This document shows positions 1-14,972 of a DNA stretch of 64,000 bases, piece by piece. The notes under the pieces were generated by a model. It was not told where the DNA came from, did no database searches, and was given only the letters and a program-made list of their open reading frames with translations. Each line of letters opens with the position of its first letter. Within the stretch, counting starts at the first letter, position 1. The translations under genes and the position numbers were made by a program. The stretch lies in assembly GCF_009914755.1 (NCBI RefSeq), contig NC_060939.1, one strand, 5' to 3'. This DNA comes from the human T2T-CHM13v2.0 reference genome, Homo sapiens.

Positions 1-131
1 GCCTTGACTCAGGAGCCTAGGACTTTTTCTTTGGTTTGCCCTCCTGGAACAGATTACCTTTCCAAATTGAATTTGTGGAGGAGCATTGGGAAATATCAGA
101 AATGTCATATTAAGCACCTCAGTGGTACTTT

Positions 132-848
<717 letters not shown>

Positions 849-1525
849 CTTTGAGTCCAGAGGAATTATTTTCATTTATCTGACCAATTTATAATATAGG
901 GTCAAATTCCTAGTGGTTATCCTCCCTCATCCCCATTTTTATACCCTTCCTTGAAAGGAACAGGTATATGAAGAGGAGACAGGTTTCCCTTTTGTGAATA
1001 GTATATCCCTTAGTATCTTGAATTTTTTTTGGTGGGGGTCGGGGGAGTTAAACTTACTTAGACCTGGTAAAGGGCAGTATTTGATAAATGTCAGCTAGTT
1101 TAGGGTTAGGGAATTGAGTTGAATGGAGATAGTCACTGCCAAATGTAAAGCATGACTGGAGAGCCACAGTGATGAAGCCAGGGTCCCTTTCTCCAGATCC
1201 TTTGTAACAGTGTTATGTGATCTCTTCTAGAAGATTGTTCTGAAAGATAATGCCAACTCGGAACCTAGGAAACCATCCAGTGGGTTTCTGCAGCTTAGGT
1301 GGTTCAAATCCTCATCAGCACGTTTGTTTTCTCTGCCTCAGTTTGCTTACAGTGATGTTCTCAGTAGCTGTAATTGCTGTCTTTGAATACTTAAGCATTT
1401 TTTTTTTAGCTCACAGGGGTATGTGTGCATTTTTCTTTTACCAAGTGTTAGAACTTTGACTCTGCTTTTGTGGGCTCTGGTTTAGCAACTTGGTTGTTTA
1501 GTTGTAAAATGATTAGTAGGGAAAA

Positions 1526-1559
<34 letters not shown>

Positions 1560-2864
1560 TTTAAGTTTCTTTTGTTCTCAGAGCACTTAGAATTTTATAT
1601 GGAAATTCTATCAGTTTACTTGATTCTCCACCCCACATTTCTTAAACAGCAAAGTATGAAGGTAATGTGTCCCATAACCAGCCTTCAGAAGAATTACAGC
1701 TGCTGTGTCTCTGAACTTTCAAGAAGTTTGTGCATCAATTTTCAAAAAATTATGAAATCCTTGAAGATAGCTGTGTTCTACATTTGGAAAGATACAAAAA
1801 CTGAACCTTCTAGCAGGCAGTTTTGCTTGCTGGTGCTTGAGCTAGAGCCACACATTGGTCTCAGTGGATTTATGGAGAAAAATAGGTACAGAAAGTTATT
1901 TCTAAATAAGACCAAAAATCCTTTTCTTAAGCAGTGACAGGTAAAGAGGTTGTCTTGGCTAATATTGAATTGTGTTGCCCTTGATTGAGACAGTTTTATG
2001 GTGGGGATGGTAGTGGTGATAAACTTGTTTGAAATTTGTCCACCTATAGTAACCTTTGTGGTAGCTGTCACAGACAGCTTCATCCTCACAGGCCCTAAAA
2101 TTACTATAAAACTAATAGATTGGAGGAGAAACAAAGGACCTGAATAATTAGATGCTTAGATAATTGTTCTGTGTTTTCATAACAAGTGAAAAAGAGCAGT
2201 GTTAGAAGTACTTAAACTTTCCATGTAAGGAGCACTGCCTGAATTTATATTGTGATTTTAGAGCATCATTCACTGTTTAAAAACAGGCATATTGTGGGTC
2301 ATATTTTAAAGACAAACAGAAAACTTATCTTTTCAAGATGGATCTAAAGCTTAACCTTATCAAAATTACAAAATGTGAAGGATATGATTGAAAAATATTA
2401 ATGCATAGGTTTAAATATTGGTCATCATTTTAGATGTCTTTCAAAATAGGTTGTCTCTTAAATATTAAACTGAACAAACATTGAACTTGTTGTAGAGTTT
2501 GTGCTCAAGGTTAAGTTTCCTGGGGTGATGGATATTTGATAATATGGATAACAAAAAGTTCTTAAGAAATTTAGAAAATTTTTAGGCAAAACTAGAAAAT
2601 AATACTGATAATTCTACCACTCAGAATGTACCACTATCAGAATTTTGTATCTTTCAGTCATCTGCTCATCTCTTTTCTCCTTTGCTTGTATGTGTTCCCT
2701 CTCCCTTAAAAAATCAGATTTTTTTTTGTAATCTGCATTTTCACTCAATATTGTAGATCTGTGTCATAAGTTACTCCTCTACAGTGCCTTCAGTTATTGT
2801 GTGCTTTGTGTTGGATGACTGTACCATCTAGTCTTTCGTGTTTCCTGGTACTGACTACATAGGG

Positions 2865-2910
<46 letters not shown>

Positions 2911-3043
2911 TTTTTTTCTACCTTAACTAATGCTTTGGACATCATCAACAGGTAGAGCTAAATCCTTGAAACCTTCCAAGTGGTGGCTTTCAGTTATTGC
3001 TGAATTGGTTTTTAGAGATGGAACAAATTATATTGTATGGAAA

Positions 3044-3341
3044 CTTTTTTTTTTTTTTTGAGACAAAGTCTCACCTTGTCACCCAGGCTGGAGGGCAATG
3101 GCATGATCTTGGCTCACTAAAACCTCCACCTCCCAGGTTCAAGTGATTCTCTTGCCTCAGCCTCCCGAGTAGTTGGGATTACAGGGGCCTGCCACCATGC
3201 CCGGCTAATGTTTGTGTTTTTACTAGAGATGGGGTTTCATCATGTTGGCCAGGCTTGTCTCGAACTCCTGACCTCAGGTGATCCACTCACCTTGGTCTCC
3301 CAAAGTACTGGGATTACAGGCATGAGCCACCATACCCAGCC
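3044..3341 (-). mobile_element. AluS element
   Basis: Poly-T plus full dimeric Alu; counterpart at ~36820-37115 (+). Confidence 0.92.
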
Positions 3342-4169
3342 TTTTTTTCTTCTAGGTACCAGCTTTTATTTATCAGATTGGTATAAATGTTAGAAAGCGT
3401 GCAATGAAATGGGCATTTTCACAGTCGTGGCAGAAAGTATAATTATCTTTGACTTTCTAGAAAGCAGTCTGGCATTCTAGAAACTTGCCTAACCTCTTCC
3501 CATTTAGACAAGATGAGTTCTGACAGGGCCAGCCTTGTCCCTGTGATTCCGTATCTCCCAGAAAGAGAGGTCTAGTGTCAGGGAAAACCCAGATTTTCTT
3601 GGCTTAGCCCACCTGACAGCTAATCACTGGAAATGGGGTGGGCCGGTAGAGTCCTTTGGTCAGGTTTTGTGTCAAGAGAGGGATGTGGAAAGATGGGAGA
3701 GAGGTAGCAAAACTGGCCTCAATGGAACTATGTAAGTTAACATAGAATGGCAAAGGAATGTTTCTTCCAAGGAAGAAATTCTAGGGAAGGAATAAAGTGG
3801 AGGGGAAGGCAGCAGTTCTCAAAGTTTTGGGGTCAGGATTCCTTTACACTCTTAAAAGTATATTGAGGGCCCAAGGAGCTTTTGTGTATGTAGGTTATAT
3901 CTATTGGTATTTATCACTAGAAATTAAATCAGAAATACTTAAAATATTCCTTAAAAGCTCACAAAATATTGTTATAAATGCTTTTATGATAAGAAAATTT
4001 CTAAACCCAAGGTAGTACAGTCTTACGTCCTTTGCAAATTTCTTTGATGTTTGATATGTCATTTGTACCTGCATTCAATTTATTGTGTGATATTTGCTTG
4101 AAAAAATGTGAACAAAGGACAGTCTCATACAGATAGGCATTTCAGATCATTATGGATATTTCTTTTTGC

Positions 4170-4378
4170 TTGCTTTCTTTTTTTTTTTTTTGAGATGGGG
4201 TCTTTCTCTGTCTCCCAGGCTGGAATGCAGTGCTATGATCACGGCTCACTGGAGCCTCATTCTCTGGGGACTCAGGTGATCCTCCCACCTCAGCCTCCAG
4301 AGTAGCTGGGACTACAGGTGTGTACTACCCCACCTTGCTAATTTTTTGTATTTTTTGTAGAGATAGGGTTTTGCCATA
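4170..4378 (-). mobile_element. AluJ-type element, truncated at the duplication breakpoint
   Basis: Alu right arm and linker ending abruptly at GTTTTGCCAT; homologous to ~35745-35945. Confidence 0.85.
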
Positions 4379-4640
4379 GGTATTCAAATAGAAAGTTTTG
4401 TTTTTGTTTTAGTATATAAAGAAATATAACTTTCCATGTTGGAAAAATTTTTAAAACCTTTTTTTAATTTTAAAACTCATAAGCAACCATTGTTGAGAAA
4501 ATTGGTAAAGTACAGAAAAGATAAAAGAAAAAAATTAAAGTCTCCCATAATTTCTCTATCTAATATAACCACTATTGACTGTTGACATGATGGTCATTTT
4601 CTACCAGTATATAGTTTTTCTTTGCTATTAAAATACATAA

Positions 4641-5048
<408 letters not shown>

Positions 5049-5074
5049 TAGTCTTTATAGAAAATTTATCATTA

Positions 5075-6120
<1,046 letters not shown>

Positions 6121-6184
6121 CATCTATTCTTAAAAATTAGAACAGAAGAATATTGGTTTGAAGATATTTTAAGAGTTAAGGCTG

Positions 6185-6297
6185 AGGCTGGGCACAGTGG
6201 TTCACGCCTGTAATCCCAGCACTTTGCGAGGCCAAGGTGGGAGGATTGCTTGAGCCCAGGAGTTTGAGATCAGCCTGGGCAACACAGCAAGACTCTT
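6185..6297 (+). mobile_element. Alu monomer (FLAM/AluJ left arm)
   Basis: GGCTGGGCACAGTGGTTCACGCCTGTAATCCCAGCAC...CAGCCTGGGCAACACAGCAAGAC. Confidence 0.85.
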
Positions 6298-7872
6298 TCT
6301 CTCTCTCTCTCTCTCGATATAGATATACATATAAATATACGTATACAAATAGAAAAAAAAAAGAGTTAAGTTTTGTATGGAGAGCCATGAAGATAAGAGG
6401 TAAAAATTAAAGGCTTGATGGACACATGTTTACATTTCCATCAAGGGGGTTGATGGGAAAGAATGATAGACATAGCTCCATTACTGCTACCTCCTTTTAG
6501 GAAGTTGCTTCTGAACATCTAAAGATATCAGTTTTATAATAGAAATGAGTTATTTTTCAGTGTCTAAAACATCACATGAGATACATACATACATGCATAC
6601 ATACATAAATATGTTCATAAAGTTAAATGAAATAGGATATAAAATTGGGCCTAGTGTTTAAAAGGTAAATATATTTACATGAAGGAGAAAACAACTCACC
6701 TCCCACTCTTAGAGCCTCTGCCAGTTTATCATAGCCTAGTTTCTTGAGAGAATAAGCTACATGTCTTCACCTTTTTTCACTGAGCTCATTATACTCTGGA
6801 TTCTGCCTTCATCGTTGCACTAAAATTTATCTCCTAGTTGTCAAATCCAGTGGCTCCCCTCTTAGTCCCCAAATTGACCCCTCTGCAGTATTTTGATACT
6901 GTTGATTGTTCCTTTGTTGAAACATTCCTCCATTCTTAATGTCCACCAATAAAGAGTTGGTTAAATAAAAATTATAGTGTACCGTTTTATAATAGAATAT
7001 TCTGTTGTTCTGTTGTGGACCAAAAAATGCAGCCAGTCTTTCCATAAGAGCACGTGCAAACTTCTAAGATATATTAAGTAAAAAAGTAAGGCATAAAATA
7101 TTGTGTATAATCTGACCCCTTTAGTACACAGTGTAAAAACATCTGTGTCTGTGCTTCTTTATACTTACTTTTTTCTCCCCTGGTGAATACAGGAAACTGT
7201 GAATAGTACAACACAATTAAAAAAAAAAAAACTGTGTGTCTGCTGCACCAGGACCTGTGATAATTGGGTATAAAAGACAAAAAAGACATGTCCCTGTCCT
7301 CTGGGAAGGGACATGATAATCAAATGAGACTTCTGTCGGATTCTTTTCTCCTGTTTTGATCTTATCACCCTTTCTTGGTCTCCTCCGATCTCTTCTTCCT
7401 TGTCCTACTTCTTCTCTTCTCATTCTGTGCTTTCTCTGAGTAATCTTTGACTCCCATTACTTAAGTCATGACCTGTGTTCCAGGGACTCCTAAATTTGTA
7501 TTCATCTCCAGAGTTTCAAACCCATATATCTGTCTGTATATCATATATTTAGGGAATCTCACTTGGAGTGACATGGGTGTTCAAAATGATGATATTTAAA
7601 TTTTCACGTATCCATCTCCTAGCACTCTATCTAGTCACATATGCCTAAACCTGGGAACTGTCTTAATATTCTTTTATATACACCTGTTCTGACCTCCCCC
7701 CAAAACTAGTAAATTTCTAAGACCTGTCCTTCTGAATGTCTCTTACAATTTTTCCTGTGATCTCAGTTTCTTCCTCCCATCCCTCAAATGCTTTGTGTGT
7801 GTGTGTGTGGTGGGGGAAGAGAGTAAAATTGAAATTTGTGGAAAACGTACTAGCCTGTCTGTCTGTCTTTCG

Positions 7873-8153
<281 letters not shown>

Positions 8154-8344
8154 CACTACCCTGTCTTGTTGCTTGGTATGACTCCACTACCCTGCTGCCT
8201 CTCTCCCCATACAGCAGCATAATTTAGGAATCAGAGACTGAGGAGGATATATATTATTAGGTGCACTGGCCCAGTCAGATTAACATCTAAAGGACTGAGC
8301 CCTGAACAAAGAGTCAGGTTACCTTTTAAGCATTTTGTGTCGGT

Positions 8345-8535
8345 CATTATGCCGACAAGGTGTCCGCACTAAGTTCAGTATCAGTATGGTGACCTCCTGG
8401 GAACAGGGGGCCATCGGGTTGCCTAAGGATGGGAGAACTGGCTCAGGTCAGAAGGGGAGCAGGTCAGAATTCCTGCGCCAATCGGTAGTGGGACTGTGCC
8501 TGGGCAATATAGCAAGATCTTGGTTCTTAAAATTC
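8345..8535 (+). pseudogene. RN7SL: 7SL (SRP) RNA pseudogene fragment, S-domain, 5'-truncated
   Basis: TATGCCGACAAGGTGTCCGCACTAAGTTCAGTATCAGTATGGTGACCTCCTGGGAACAGGGGGCCATCGGGTTGCCTAAGGA...GGAGCAGGTCAG matches the 7SL S-domain. A 7SL copy in an intron is typical of chr15 GOLGA duplicons. Confidence 0.88.
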
Positions 8536-8668
8536 AAAATAAAGAACAGCTCATTCCCCTCTGGGGAGGGGCTGGCTCAAGGTTACACAGTGAGTGTGGG
8601 GGCAGAGGCGGGCCCACTGTACCTCCCTTGTTGGGTTGTCTGAGGACCCCTCTGGCCACCCCCCACAG

Positions 8669-10121
8669 GAGATGGAGGAGGACATCTGGACAGTGAGCAG
8701 GAGGCGCCTCGGCCCATGCCGAACATCCCAGGGGACCTGGAGAGCCGGGAGGCCATGGTGAGCCTGACTTTCCCTGCCCCTACTTTGCCACCTTCCTCTG
8801 TGGTCCCTCCGAAACCCCCTTATGTTCTTGGTTTCCCCGCCTTCTGACTTCTGTGGACTTTCACTCCTCCTGGGAGCCAGTGGTCAGACACCATTTCACC
8901 TGTGACCAACAGGTGCACTCTGTGAGGCCCGAAAGGAAGGGGCTATGCTCCATCTGCCTGCCCCAGTTGTTATGTGTATACCCCTACAAGAATACTCACC
9001 TCTTGTCTTCAGGTGGCATTTTTCAACTCCGCTGGAGCCAGTGCCCAGGAGGAACAAAGGGTGTGCTGCCAGCCCCTGGCTCACCCAGTGGCCTCGTCCC
9101 AGAAGAAGCCAGAGGTAGCGGCCCCAGCCCCAGAGAGTGGGGGTGAGTCTGTGTTTGGGGAGACCCACCGGGCCCTGCAGGGGGCCATGGAGAAGCTGCA
9201 GGTGAGTAGGTCCTGGCATGGGCCAACAAGGGGGGCGGGGGGGCAGGACAAGGCAGGTGACTCCTGACATGTGACCCCATTATTTTGGCTCCACAGCGAC
9301 TTTATGGAAGGAGAAGGTGGACCTGAAGGAGCGGGTAGAGAAACTAGAGCTTCAATTCATCCACCTCTCAGGACAGACAGACACCATAGTGAGCGAGAGG
9401 CTAGGGCACCGCTGGGGGGAGCTGCCAGGCCATCCGAGGGGCCCCAGCATCTGAGCCATGTCCTCCTGCAGGAAAGTACATCAGCCAGGGGGCAGTGTCA
9501 GAGACGCAGCACTGGGAGAGGAGGACATCGTCAGGCTGGCCCAGGACCAGGAGGAGATGAAGGTAGGGTGTGCAACATCTCGGTGGGGGTGGGGGTGGGG
9601 GTGGGGGTGGGGGTGAACGTGCGTGCCGGCACCGGCATGGCAGCTAACACCCCTTCCTCCAGGTGAACCTGCAGGAGCTGCGGGGCAGGTGTTGCAGCTT
9701 GTGGGCGACCACAAGGAGGGGCATGGCAAATTTTGACCATTGCCCAGAACCCTGCTGATGAGCCCACTCTAGGAGCCCCAGTAGCCCAGGAGCTTGGGTG
9801 TGCTGATGAGCAGGGTGGTGAGTAGAGCCCTCAGGTGGGGTGGGCAGGCAGGAGCAGGGGAGGCTCGCACTGTGCTCAGATTCCCACCCCCCTCCCTCTC
9901 TCTGAAGATCTTTGTGAGGTGAGCCTCACTGATAGCGTGGAGGCTGCACCAGGAGAGGACAGGGAGGGTTCTCCCCACGACAACCCCACTGCACAGCAGA
10001 TCCAGCAGCTGCTTCCTGTAATGCAGGACTCCCCAGGAGCACCCAGGCATGGGCAGCAACCCCTGCATGCCATTCTTTTTGGGCTCCCGAGAACAGGGAG
10101 ATAAACACCACCATCATCTGA
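8669..10121 (+). pseudogene. GOLGA2P: GOLGA2/GOLGA8-type golgin pseudogene, six 3' exons only
   Basis: Exons 8669-8757 ([30 protein letters not shown]), 9013-9201 (VAFFNSAG...AMEKLQ), ~9295-9388 (EKVDLKERVEKLELQFIHLSGQTDTI), 9472-9562, 9663-9817 and 9908-10121 (DLCEVSLTDSVE...ENREINTTII*). Several frameshifts and no 5' exons. Paralog number unresolved. Confidence 0.88.
9583..9615 (+). repeat. (GTGGGG)n repeat, G-quadruplex-capable
   Basis: Five G5 runs separated by single T in a GOLGA intron. Confidence 0.85.
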
Positions 10122-10126
10122 GAGCC

Positions 10127-13100
10127 GGGAAGGGGAAGGCGTAGGTGTGGGCGTGGCAAGGTTCCTGGAAAAGAGGGGCTGGAAGGGAAAGGGGAGGAAG
10201 ATGGAGGGAGAAGCTAGAGCTTCATAGGTAGTGCCTGGGGGCTGTGGCAGCCCTCCCCACCCCACACACACTGGCCTCTCTCATGGCACCCAGGCAGTCC
10301 ACCCACAGTTCAGACCAATGCTCAACCCCCCCGGCTTCCCTCTTCTGTGGTCACCCCATCTTCCAACCCACTGGCCCAGGGCCACCTCTTGCTTGGGGAG
10401 CCCCACCCAACAGCCACCAAGCCTGACAGAAGGAACACTGCTTGAACCAAAATGGTGAAGCTATAAGGGATGGCGGGCTGGAGTGAGCGCCAGAGGCCCC
10501 TCTCTGGGCAGTCAGAAAGCCCAGGGTCCACTGAAGGGACCCTGGGGAAGGCAGGGAGGGCAGGTAGCTAGATGCCACTGCCCGTAGACTTATAAGTCTA
10601 AGAGGGGAGCCTCAACTGGTTGGCGGGGGGCTGCAGGTTGCATAGGTGAGGCTGGGCCCTTCCTGCTGGGAAAAGCAGAAGAGGGAGACTCCGTGGCAGG
10701 AAAGGCAGGTGGGCTCGCTAGGCGGAGCTCAGCTGGGCCAGCAAGCACTGTGGTCTCCTTGGCTGAATAGCACAGGTGACCCCTAGGAGCAACAGGCCAA
10801 GGTCCGTGAGTCTGCTGGCTGGCAGTAGTGCTTCAGTAGCGCTGGCCAGGGACCCAGCCTTCAGTCACACGCTAGCAGCTGTGATGGTACCTGGGAAGGA
10901 GGGAAGGGGGCTGTGTGTCCTTGCATGGCCTATGAAGTGTGTTGTGGGATAACCGTGTGTATTGGACTCTCAGGCTTTTATCCTAGATCACCACTGGATT
11001 GCTGACAGATAGAGGAGGTGGGACCCTGACTATCACCCCTAATCTGCAGTGGATTTGGCTCTCGGCACTCCCAGGCTGGGAGCTGGATACCTGCCCTGGC
11101 AGCATGGCTCAGACTGCATGACAGGTACGGCGTGCCCAGGATGATGTGCCCAGGCCTCTGGCCGCCTGAGTCCAGCCCCCCACACAACCCCCTCCAAGCT
11201 CCCAGCCCCTACACCATAAACCATGAGCTCTGTGCCCTCTCTGATGGTTCCACATCTGCCACCTTGGGCATGGAGCCTGTTGTAAGAGCCCCCAGGCTCA
11301 GCCATGGAGACCTTGAGCAGTGGCACTGAGTCCTGTGGCTGGCAGGGAGGGAAGTGAGACAGCCAGCAGCACAAGGACAGAAAGAGGAAAGAGCAAGTCT
11401 GCAGCTCTAGAAGGGAGGGGCAGGCAGCCTGGCTCTGAGGCTCCAGGTATGCCCCCTGTGTGGAGCTGGGGCAGCGGGGCAGGCAGACCATTCATGCAGC
11501 AGGCAGTGAGGCATGTACCTACCATGGCTGATGCTCCTCAGGGGCCACTGATAGTGATTCTGAAAGACAGCATCAAATCACATGGCAGGTCCCATGCATG
11601 GGTGGGGCAGGCCTGGGGGTGGCGGACACACGCACACGCCAGATTGTGCACACACATGCTGTGAGGCCCCACGGCCCGCATGCACACTCTAACACATGCC
11701 CACAAACAACACGCATACGTCGCCCTCTCCGCCACCTCCCGGTGCCCAGCACCCTCACCGGCCGGCACGTGCCGCATGGATCTGGGGCGTGCAGCCACTC
11801 GGCACGCTGAAGCACATGCGTGGGCAGAGTCACAACACAGATGCTCACCCGCACACAGAGGCATTTGCACCAGCTCCCTGCACACTCGTGCCTGGCGTGC
11901 TCAGAGGACCACCCATGCTGCTCAGGGAGACAGGGCTTGCTCACTAATGTCCGGCTGTCATTTCTCCACCTAAGAGCCTTCCATGGCTCCCTACTGCCTA
12001 CAGCATTGAATCCCAACAAGTCATACTCTTTGGACTTTGAAGGTTCTCCACCCTGTGCCCCACCCTCCCCACAGAGCTCTTCATTCTGTCTCTGTTCCCT
12101 GCTTTGGCCAGTGGCTATCCTCATTGTGACCCACACTACACCTCTGCCCACACTGCAGCTCTTTACCCAGTTACCCTCCAGTTCCTCACAACGTATGCCT
12201 ATCTCCGTCATGCCCCGGACTGCATTGAAGCCAGGCTGCCTTGAAGAAGCTCTCCCAGACTGCCCTTTTCCCCAAGGCAGGGTCATGATTTGCCAAAGGT
12301 TTCGTGTGTGTGTTAGCAAGACTGGAGTCAGAGCAGGCATCAAACTTTACATCCCATATGTCACACCTCACCATAGACCTGGGTGCCAAATAGCCTGAAG
12401 AGTCTGAACTCACGTTGGCAGTTAGGAAAGTGCTCCTACAGACGCATCTACGGTTAACATAGCATCCCTATGGCCACTGTCTCCCTTGATCCCCACAGCC
12501 ATTCTAGGAGAAAGGCAGAATGTCATAATTTGCTAAAAGGGATGCTGAGGCTCTGGGAGGGAAAGGGACTTGCCTAAAGCCCCAGGGTGAAGCAGCATCT
12601 CTGGACTCCCAGTCCAGTGATCTTGCCCAATACTTTGCTGCTTGCCTATACCCCTCTAACTTGGTCAACAGCACATCACAGGGCAAGCCCCAATCCCTGC
12701 TTCATTTTTATATATGGGCGCTGGTCCCACAGCCCCACTCTCCAGCCATTTGGAAACAAAAACAGATGCTATTGTTCTTCCTTAGAGAACGTGGCCAGTG
12801 GAGACGGCACACTGGAAATCAGAGTGAATGTTCTTGAAAGAGGGTCACGGGTCAACAAGGCCCAGCCAAAGGATGCAGTAGAACCATTTTCCTTAGAAAT
12901 CTTTGGGAGTGAAGTAGGCTTCAGCCACTCCCATCCCTGCCCTTGCGGCTACCACTACCCCATTAGTTTAGACAGGGTCGGGCGGGGAGGGGTGTGGAGA
13001 AGAAATGAGCTTGCCTGTGGCCCCCAGGCTCCCTCTGTCCTAGCTCAGGTCTGGGTGCCATTCTTTACACTCGTGTGCTCGCTCACGCACACATCACACA

Positions 13101-14700
13101 CCTTGCTGGTCACACAGTCACAGACTCGCCTCTGCTCCTGTGGTCCAGTGGCCGGACACCCCCTGGGATGGCTCAAAGGAGTCAGGACTTGGAAGTGGGG
13201 ACATCAGGGTAGCTGAAGGAAATCCACACACCCAGAGCATCTCGGAGTTCAGACTCTCAGACCTGAAGTAGGCGCCCCCGGGACTGGGCTAGGAGTTGGA
13301 CGGAATGGAGGATGGAGGACAGCGAGAAGAAAGGAAGAGAAATGCAAAGTGTGGGCAGCCGCCAAGAGTGAAAATAGAGGGAAGTGTCATGCAAGTGCTG
13401 GACAGAAGGCGGCAGGTGGGACGAGCCCCACAGCCCCCTCCTCAAAAACGACCACCTCCAGGACTCAGTGATCCCTGGGGGGCAGGCTCTGCCAGCCCTC
13501 GGCCACACGTGGCTCCGGCACCCATGGTCCCAGTGCCTTGGATGGAGACGGCCAGTTCTGGCGGCCAGATGTGGTGCTCTGGAATCCAGTCCCATTTCCT
13601 TCCTGGCCACGCCTGTCCAGCGGCCTCTTTGGCTGCATTCAGCCCCTACTTACCTGGGGACCCCGGCTGGGGCACAAGAGCACCAGGGGGGTAGGGCCCA
13701 AAGGGATCAGGGGAAGCCTCTGGCCTGGAGGGTATGGGGCACACTTCCCCAAGGGCGGACCCAGCAGGAGGAAGCCCAGGAGCTGGGTCCTGCCGCCCAG
13801 GAGCTGGGCCCTGCCGCCCAGGCCGGGCTAGGGACATGGCAGGGCCTGGGCATCCTGGCGCTGGACTTGGGCGACCTGGGAGGCACAGGGAGGGGAGAGA
13901 TGGGCGGCCCCGCCCCAGCGCAGTGCCGGCCACACCCATGCACTGAAGCTCCTCCCTGCCACACCCCAAGGCGGTTGCCGGAGCTTAAGCCCCGCCCCCA
14001 GCAGCGAGAACATCCCACCCCCCCCCCCCCCCCCCCCCCCCCCCCGCAGCCAGTGCTCCTTGTCAAGCTCCCCCCGTCACTCCAGGTGGGAGCCACCCCG
14101 GTGAGGGGGTGTGCCACTTGTCCCCAGGGCACTCCTCTGGGCATCCCGGGTGGGGGATTTTGGGGCCGTGGGGGGCAGTCTCTGGTACCTGTGTGCGTCA
14201 GGGATGCTCTGCACCTGCAACCAGGTGTCGTCCACGGGCGGGGGCATGGTAACAGTGGTCCTGTTGATGTCACCGATGATGCTGAGCGCCTCCTTCAGCG
14301 CGTGGTGCATGTGCAGCATCTCGTCGTGCTGCTGTGCCTGCTCTGCCAACTCCTCCATCAGTGTGTTCTGGTTCCCACATGAGTACATATTGGCCAGCGG
14401 CTCCGAGATGATGAACTCCGGGGTCTGAGAGTGGGCAAACAGGGAAGAAGGTTGGGACCTGGTGCCTGTGCCGCCCTGGCTGCCTTGCTGGGCCCTTCTG
14501 GGACTGTGCGCTGGACTTGGAGCCCCTTGGAGTATGGCTTTTCACACGGGCTTCTATACCGCTTCGACTGGAAGATCCACCTCCCCACTGCCTTTTCTCA
14601 CTCAGATGGGGACACCGAGGTCCAGAGGAAAAGACACCTGTCAAATGTCACAGATCTGGGAGGGGACTTAAGACCTATCATGCCAAGAGGACACCTGTCT
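10127..14700 (-). pseudogene. DNM1P: Dynamin-1 unprocessed pseudogene fragment (GED, PRD and 37-nt xb exons; terminal exon absent)
   Basis: Exon 14189-14424 [54 protein letters not shown]...[13 protein letters not shown]; exon 13654-13875 PPAGSALG...[13 protein letters not shown]; exon 11523-11559 RITISGP*. All have AG/GT ends. Upstream boundary approximate. Confidence 0.92.
14018..14045 (+). repeat. Poly-C homopolymer (28 nt)
   Basis: Directly visible in the DNM1P intron. Confidence 0.9.
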
Positions 14701-14706
14701 ACTCAG

Positions 14707-14972
14707 TTTTTTTTTGGTGGGGCGGGGGGCGGTGATAGGGTCTCGCTCTGTCACCAGGCTGGAGTACAGTGATGACTGCTCACTGCAGCCTCCACCTCCT
14801 GGGCTCAAAGTGATCCTCCAACGTCAGCCTCTCGAGTAGCTAGGACTACAGGCACATGCCACCACCAAGCCCAGCTATTTTTAAAATTTTTGTGTGGAGA
14901 CAAGGTCTCACTATGTGGCCCAGGCTGGTCTCGAACTCCTGGGCTCAAGTGATCCTCCTGCCTCGGCCTCCA
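14707..14972 (-). mobile_element. AluJ-type element near the DNM1P/CSPG4P duplicon boundary
   Basis: Diverged dimeric Alu with GGGCTCAAGTGATCCTCC motifs. Confidence 0.85.

Larger units (their letters stand above)
1141..4378 (+). repeat. Segmental-duplication fragment of UBE2Q2 intron 1 (inverted paralog of ~35755-39320)
   Basis: Collinear reverse-complement match to 35755-39320, roughly 90% by eye. Shares microsatellites, an AluS, a Charlie end and an AluJ in which homology stops. ORFs 3797-4015 and 36139-36357 are near-identical. Confidence 0.9.

Noticed and set aside
8345-8535. Functional SRP RNA gene
   Set aside because: Lacks the 5' Alu domain and carries many substitutions plus an internal deletion.
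13384-14382. 332-aa + strand ORF with poly-Pro
   Set aside because: GC-rich antisense of DNM1P exons; the poly-Pro comes from the poly-C run.
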